This document shows positions 47,400 to 54,897 of a DNA stretch of 54,897 bases, in pieces. The notes below the pieces were generated by a model. It ran no database searches and was not told the origin of the DNA. It saw nothing but the letters and a program-made list of their open reading frames with translations. Position 1 is the first letter of the stretch; each line of letters opens with the position of its first letter. Source of the stretch: Prorocentrum cordatum (lineage: Eukaryota); contig CAUYUJ010000202.1 in NCBI GenBank assembly GCA_963575745.1, positions 62,001-116,897 of the forward strand, written 5' to 3'. The translations under genes were made by a program, and so were the position numbers.

Positions 47400-48715
47400 G
47401 TAGGGAGTACGGAGTTGGGAGTAGGGAGTGGTGAGTAGTGAGTAGTGAGTTAGTGCGTAGTGAGTAGTGAGTATTGGGTAGTAAGTAGTAGTGAGTAGTG
47501 AGTATGAACAGTGGGTAGTGAGTGGCGAGTAGGGAGTAGGGAGTAGGGAGTGGGGAGTAGTCAGTAGTGAATTGTGATTAATTAGTGTGTACCGATAAGT
47601 GAGTAGCGAGTGGCAAGTAGTGAGTTGTGAGTAGTGAGTAGCGAGTAGCGAGTAGTGAGTACTGAGTATGGAGTAGGGAGTAATGAGTACTGGGTAGTGA
47701 GTAGTTGGTAGTGAGTAATGGGTGGCGAGTACTGATTCGTGAGTAGTGTGTTGTGGGTGGTGTGTAGTGCGTAGTGATTAGTGAGTAGTGCGTAGTGATG
47801 AGTGAGTAGTGAGTAGTGAGTAGTGAGTAGTGAGTAGTGAGTAGCGAGTAGTGAGTAGTGAGTAGTGAATAGTGAGTAGTGAGTAGTGAGTATTGAGTAG
47901 TACGTAGTGCGTAGTGAGTAGTGGGTAGTGAGTAGTGATGAATAGTGACTAGAAAGTAGTGGGTAGTGGCAGTGGGTAGTGAGTAGTGAGTAGCGAGTAG
48001 CGAGTAGTGAGTAGTGAGTAGAGTGTAGTCAGTAGTGAGTACTGGGTAGTGATTAGTGGGTAACGAGTAGGGAGTAGCGAGTAGTGAGTAGTGAGTAGTG
48101 AGTGCTGATTAGGGAGTAGGGAGTAGGGAGTGGGGAGTAGTGGGCAGTGAGTAGCAAAAAGTGGGTAGCGAATAGTGGGTAGTGAGTAGCGACTGGTGAG
48201 TAGTGGGTAGTGAGTAGTGACTAGTGACTAGTGAGTTGTGACTAGTGACTAGAGAGTATGTAGTGACTAGTGAGTAGGGGGTAGTAAGTAATGAGTAGTG
48301 AATAGTGAGTAGCGGTGAGTAAGTTGTGAGTATTGATTAGCGAGTATGGGGGTAGCGAGTAGCGAGTACTGAGTACTGTGTAATCAGTATTGTGTAGGGA
48401 GTAGGGAGTAGCGAGTAGCGAGTAGTGGGTATTGAGTAGTGATTTGTGGGCAATGAGTAGTTAGTAGTGAGTAGTGAGTAGTGGATAGTGGGTAATGAGT
48501 GGTGATTATTGAGTAGTGAATAGGGAGTAGTGAGTAGCGCTTACTGAGTAGTGAGTATTGAGGAGTGAGGAGTGAGTAGTGAGTAGGGAGGAGGGAGTAG
48601 TGAGTAGGGAGTAGTGAGTAGCGAGTAGGTGGTGGTGGGTAGTGAGTAGTGGATAGTGAGTAGTGAGTCGTGAGTAGCGAATCGCGAGTAGTGAGTAGGG
48701 GGTAGTGAGTAGGGG
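47400..48715. repeat. Degenerate 7-bp satellite (GAGTAGT / GAGTAGG / GAGTAGC)n
   Basis: About 1.3 kb with 7-nt periodicity and a G-rich + strand. Confidence 0.95.
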
Positions 48716-50261
48716 GCTGGGGTTAGTGGTTAGGGGGTAGGGGGCCCCTCGTGACTCCCTTTGGGGCTGGGGTTAGTGGTTAGTGTTCGGATTCGGCTTT
48801 TTGGTTCGGGTGAGGACTAGGGGTAGGGTGGCGGGGTTTGGGTTCCGGCGTCGGGGGGCGCGTGCGCAAGGGGGGGAGGGGGGGGAGGAGGGGTTCGGAC
48901 CCCCCCTCCGTTTTGAAAGGGGGGAAGGGGGGGGGGTTCCCGACGACGGTCGTGGAAAGGGGGGGGGGGTCCCCGACGACGGATCGGGGAAGGGGGGGGG
49001 GGGCCCGAAACGGATCGGGGAGGGGGGGAAGGGGGGGGGGGGGTCCCTAACCCCCCCCCCCCTGGGAGATCCAGCGGCGCACCCTCTGGCCCCCCGGACC
49101 AATGAGAAAATATCCAGGACGCAAAACTGCCCCCGAGAAAGGGGTCGAGATCTCAGAAAGGCTTGGGACAAATTCGCCGGCCCAACGGGCCAGAGGCGTG
49201 CAAAGATCTCCGGTAAATAGTTAACAATCTTCTAATTTGCGCGCGCGGGGCGACCCCTGGGGGCCCCCAGACGAAAAGTACCCCGAGCAGGTCCCGGGCC
49301 AGCCCGACGGGCCAGAGGCGTGCTAAGATTTCCGGTAACTACTTAACAATCTTCTAGTTCGCGCGCGCGGGGCGGCCCCTGGGGGCCCCCGGACGAAAAG
49401 AACCCCGAGCAGGTCCTGGGCACGTCGGTCCCAGCGATGGTTTTCTTCTTCGGCGTTGACTTCCAGGTCCCAGAGCGCCCCAGGAACGGCCCAAGAGAGC
49501 CGAGACGCCCCCGAGACGATCCGAGGGGCCCTGAGCCGCCGAAAGATCGTTCCAAGACGCCCAAGATTGCTTCCAGACGGCCGAAGACGCCGCCAAAAAA
49601 CCGCGGGGAACCTCAGGAGGCCCTCCAAGAGCCTGAACAAGCAGAAACCTCCCAGGCATTCGTCACCCCAGGGCCTCCTGGAACGCCCCGGCGCCCAATG
49701 AATTGGCGAGCGAAAAACGTGCGCCGAGCCAAAGCGGGAGCGCAACTTTGAGAACATTTCGCTCGGCGCCCAAGCGGGAAGGTCATTTCATTCACTTCGA
49801 GCGGGGGGGAAGGGGGTGTGCCGCGCCCAATTCTTGCCATGCACTTTTGCGGGGTGGACGATAAGAACAGCTATGTGGGCAGGGAAAATCAGCATGGCAT
49901 TGTTTCTGACAAGTAAGGTGGCCCTTCCCGCCTTGGGGTTGCCCAAGAAATCCGCGCGCGATGTGCGCCGCGCCCCATTCCTGCCACGCATTTCGCATCG
50001 TCGACGACAAGACAGGCCATGATGAAAGGAAAAACGGCAACTCTGTATTGTTGTTTTACAATCAGGATGGGAGGGCCTGCGGCCCGCATGGACGTCCGCG
50101 CGCGATGCGCGCCGCGTCCCATTCTTGCCACATATTTCGCACCGTCGGCGACAAGGTAAGCCATGCTGAGAGAACATGATCGACCCACGAACCCGGAAAC
50201 GAATCTAGAACCGTAACACATGGCAGCGTTTTCAAAGACACCCGACTGGGTGACGGGCAAA

Positions 50262-51020
50262 TGCAATGCTGAGTGTATCGATCTTGATGTGCCCTGCCGA
50301 GGGCTGTGCTGTGCTGCACCGTGCTGAATTGCGATGTGGCGTGCCGCGGTTGTGCTCTATAGCGTCGTGGATCGAGTCCCCCTTTGCATCCGAGTCCTGA
50401 CCGAACTGATCTGGATCTTAAGCTCGAGCTGCCTGAACACATAGTAGCTGCCCCACAGCTAATTGACAGGGGAACATGCCAGGAGGACGCGCCGCGAAAA
50501 GTCCCAAGGGATGCGCCAGGCGACGTGCCAGGGGACGTGCCATGGGGACGCACCGCGGGACGTGCCAAGGGGACGCGCTACGGAACGTGCCAATGGATGT
50601 GCCACGGGATGTGCCAGGGGACGCGCCGCGCGACGTTCCAGGTGGACTCGCCAAGGGACGCCCCACGGAACGTGCCAAGGGACGTGCCAAGTGGCAATGC
50701 TGAGTGTATCGATCTTGATGTACCGTGCCGAAATCTGTGCTGTGCTGCGCCGTGTTGAGTTGCGAGGTGCTATGCCGCGATTGTGCTCTATAGCCTCGTG
50801 GATCGAGTCCTCCTTTGCATCCGAGTCCTGACCGAACTGATCTGGATCTTAAGCTCGAGCTGCCTCAGCACATAGTAGCTGCCCCAGAGTTAATTGACAG
50901 GGGGACATGCAAGGAGGACGCGACGCGGAACGTTTCAAGGGACCCGCCAAGCGACGTGCCAAGGACGTGCCATGGGGACGCACCGCGGGACGTGCCAAGG
51001 GGACGCGCTACGGAACGTGC
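50262..51020. repeat. ~430-bp direct duplication, followed by CGTTTCGCTCGAGACATCCTC repeats up to ~51565
   Basis: GCAATGCTGAGTGTATCGATCTTGATG...GATCTGGATCTTAAGCTCGAGCTGCC occurs twice. Confidence 0.85.
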
Positions 51021-54000
51021 TGGGGACAAACGTTTCGCTCGAGACATCCTGCCAACATCCTCAGAATTCCTGCGCGCGGGACGCGGCACGCGCGAGACCT
51101 CCTCGGAATTCCTGCGGGCGGGACGTGAAAACAATCATTTCGCCTGAGACATCCTCTGAATCCTGGCACCCCACAAAGCATCCCACGAGGCCCCCGCTCG
51201 AGACATCCCCCAATTTTGCAAAACCAGCGTTTCGCTCGAGACATCCTCAACAAATGTTGAAACAACAAGCGTTTCGCTAGAGACATTCCATCAAAATCCA
51301 AAGAAATCCTGACAAAACAAGCGAATTAGTCGAGACATCCTCGAAATCCCTGCGCGCGCGAGACATCCTCGGAATTCTTGCGCACGGGGCGCTTTTCCGC
51401 GTCGCGGTCAGCTCTGCAAAACCAGCGTTTCGCTCGAGAGATCTTCAACAAATTCTGAAAACAAGCGTTTCGCTTGAGACATCCCCAACTCTGCAAAACC
51501 AGCGTTTCGCTCGAGACATCCTCAACAAATTCTGAACAACAAACGTTTCGCTAGGGACATCCTCAAAAATATATCCGCCGGCCCTACTCCCGCATGTAAT
51601 TTATCGAAGAAAAATTTCGCCGGCCCTACAGCCGTCGAAACCGGGGGGTAAACCATCTAAAAGAGAACCCTGGGCTCGAGCCCTTTCCGGGAAAAAACTG
51701 AGACTTTGTATTGATTTTTTACAGGCAGGATGGGCAGGCCCGGATTGACGGCCGCGCGCGATGTGCGCCACGTCCCATATGTGCGCCGCGTCCCACTGCT
51801 GCCACAAATTTAGCACCGTCGGCGACAAGGCAGGCCATGCAAAAAAAACGAAGACTTCGTATTGATTTTTAATTGATTTCTTACAGTCAGGATGGGCGGG
51901 CCCAAATTGACTGCCGCGCGCGATGTGCGCCGCGTCCCATTCCTGCCACGCTGTTCGCATCGTCGACGACAAAAAAGACGATGCTGAGAAGAAAAACGGC
52001 CAATTTGTATTGATTTTTTTACAGTCTGGATGGGAGGTCCCGGATTGGGTCGCTATCGGCCGGAATACGAGGTAGGTGGGGGTATATAATAATAAGGAAC
52101 AAGGATTCGGGTGCAGCCTTTGGGAGGCCAAGTTCTGACTTTGCCCTGGTCCGAAGTCTGGCTCCATCCGGCTGCGTCCCGCCTGAATCCGGCTTGGGCC
52201 CGTCTAGTCCGGCTTACCCCGCGGAATCCGCTGCTTAATCCGTCGTAGCGGCCCCCCAATGGGGCTGAGTTCTGCTTAATCCTTCCGACGGAGACCTTCC
52301 AGTAGTTGCCTCCTAAGATCAGGAGGGAAAAAAGCACACAGACACAATTAATCGGCGATCCCCCAGAAAATCTGGGAAAATATGGGAATTGGGGGGGAAG
52401 ACAAAAACCGAGAAAATATGGGAAAATATGGGGGTAATTTTTATTTGTGTGTATTTATTTGTGTGTCCTAATTTCCCTTTATCTTCGGAAGGCTCGCAGG
52501 GGCCTCGGGGGAGGAAGCCTGGCGCCCACGGCGCTGGGCGACGCAGGGAAAAGCAGCTGTTTGAGCTGACTCGCTACCCCTCCCGTTGTTACAATTGCTA
52601 TCCCCCCCGCCTATCGTCTGGGCCGAGAGGCGGCCCCAAACGGTCGTGGGGAAGCCTCGACGTGCTTGCTTCGGCCCCACGGGCCCCCCCCCCAAGGCGC
52701 CCTGAGACGACGCCGAGGTGGTCCCGAGCAGCTCCACGATGGCTCCGCCGAGAGCCCCTGACGGGCGACAGCATACCAGAGTTTCTAGAAGGGTTTTCGT
52801 GCGCCTTCAACACTCCCGCAGAGGGCTCCAGACACCTCGGACAGGGCCCCGGCAGCCCCCCCAGCGGCCACATGGCGGTCCAACAGGCGCCTCCTGGGCT
52901 GGGCCCTGCTGACCTCCCTGCTCGGGCTCTTCACGGACCTCAGGCAGCTCCGTGGGATTTCGGGAGATGCCACGCGCGAAGCGCTCGTGGACCTCCGCCC
53001 CGCCTTCCTGGACACGCTTGGCCCGAGCAGCACGGAAGTCCACCCGGTGGCCGCGAGGCGGCCCCCAAGGCGGCCCGAGACCGCCCCGAGGGGGCCCGAG
53101 GGCGCGGCCTCCCCGAGCGCTGCCAGATCCCTGCGCTGCAGCGCCCAGAGTTCCCAAGGGAGGATTATGTCGGGCGTGTCCCCCTACAGGGGGATTTTCG
53201 ACGAGAAAAATAAAAGATACCCCAAAAATGCCCCAAAGAGGTCAACAAGTAGTCAAAACATAGTCCCCACACTATCTTTTGATAATTTGTTGATTGTTTT
53301 TAGGGTATTTTTCACTTCTCGTCGAAAATCCCCCTGTAGGGGGACAGGCCCGACTTAAGGCTAAGTCCGAGCAGCACGGAAGTCCGACGAAAAATAAAAG
53401 ATACACCAAACATACCCCAAAGAGGTCACAAAACATAAAAGACATAGTCCCCGGACTATTTTTGGATTATCTATGCGATTATTTTTTGGGGTATTTTTAA
53501 TTTCTCGTCGAAAATCCCCCTGTAGGGGGACACGCCCGACAGAAAGGGAGGAACAGCAGGACGCCGGAGGCGCGGACGGGCACCGAGGGAGCGCAGGGCA
53601 CCCCCAGAGGATGTGCCCCGCAGAAGGGCCCCCCCCCCGGCGGGCCCCAGGCGGGCCCCGCGGGCGACCCCCGGGGGAGGCCAGGCTTAAGTCGGGCCTG
53701 TCCCCCTACAGGGGGATGTTCGACGAGCAATAAGAAAATACCACCCCAATAGTCAAACAAGTAACCCCCCAAATGGTCTGGGGATTATTTTTGGGGTATT
53801 TTTTATGCCTGTTTGGAATATGTTTGGTGTATTTTTGATTTTTCGTCGAAAGTCCCCCTGTATGGGGACAGGCCCGACTTAAGACCAGGCGCTCTGGGCC
53901 ACACGCGCGCCGAGGCCACTCTGGCAGACTCGTGCGCTGCCCACTCCGCAGGCCTCCCCTCGCTCCTCGCTCGCTCGCTCCTCGCCCGCGGCTCGCCCCT

Positions 54001-54897
54001 CGCCCCGCTCTCGCTGCTCCTCTCTTCTCGCTCCCCACCCGCTGCAACTCTCTCCTGGCCCCTGGCTCCTTCCTCCTGTCTACTCGCACCTCCCTCCAGC
54101 CTCGCCAGCTCTCGCACATCTCTCCGTGCCGCCCCCCCCTCTCTCCTCGGCCGTCGCTTCTCCAATCTCGCTCCTTGCTCCTCGGGGCTCCGCGATCCCC
54201 GCCGATCGCTCCTCTCGCTTCGTTTCGCTTTTCGGGCCTTTGCTCGTTCCCCGCTCTTCGCTTTGCGATGTGGTGCGATGGAGTTAGCGCTGCACTCTGA
54301 CCCATGTCCAAATAAAACGATCCTGACTCACCGCTCCTGGCTCATCGCCCCTCGATCGTTCACGAGCAGCTGACTGCATCAGCTAGCAGGAGTGGCGAGA
54401 AGCAACACCCTGCAGCATCAAACGGCAACAGCAATCAGCAGCAGCACGCAGCACGAAGCAGGCAGCAGTAGCGGCAACACACACAGCAACAGCAAGCATC
54501 AGCATGCAGCAGGAAACAGCATCCTGCAGCAGCGCGCAGCAAGCAGCACTGGCAAGCAGCAGCACCCTGCAGCCACCAGCGGCACCATCAGGCAGTCACG
54601 GCAATCATTACCAACATCACGCAGCATCGACGACAATCAGCAGCACACAGTAGTCATAACCAGCGCCAAAGAGCAGCACGCAGGAGCGCCAAGCTGCATC
54701 AGGCAGCAGCACGTAACGGCAAACCCCACGCGGCACCGGCGAGGCATAACAACATGTCTGTCGACAGTAGACATTTATGGCAGACGCCACCAAGCATCAG
54801 CAACTGGCTGGACGTGGCAGCGAGGTGTAGGGCAAACAAGGCAGCAGCAGAGAAAGCATATTAGCGGCCAACAGTTAACAGGGCACCAGGCAGCAAC

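Noticed and set aside
47400..48850. True chromosome telomere
   Set aside because: There is no TTTAGGG run and it is internal, with more than 6 kb of further sequence.

Overview
This is repeat-rich eukaryotic DNA, most likely from a dinoflagellate. That assignment is inferred from spliced-leader relics, GC/GA splice donors, tiny exons and the PPR type. Nearly all ORFs in the supplied track are artefacts of microsatellites or GC-rich repeats. The supportable content is: (1) a full-length ~6.6 kb non-LTR retrotransposon (18446-25088) with a 16-bp TSD, a zinc-finger/coiled-coil ORF1 and an APE-RT-zf-RNase H ORF2 broken by one in-frame TGA; its 5' end starts exactly with stacked dinoflagellate spliced-leader (SL) relics; (2) four short + strand exons of a CAMK/CDPK-type kinase; (3) a + strand PPR gene or pseudogene, preceded by an SL-like relic and scattered in pieces from 17.2 to 46.3 kb; (4) a phase-compatible chain of - strand exons of an unknown protein interleaved with the + strand genes; (5) many MITEs, a Helitron2/Helentron-like insertion inside a PPR repeat, tandem repeats, and a 1.3 kb GAGTAGT satellite bracketed by inverted repeats.
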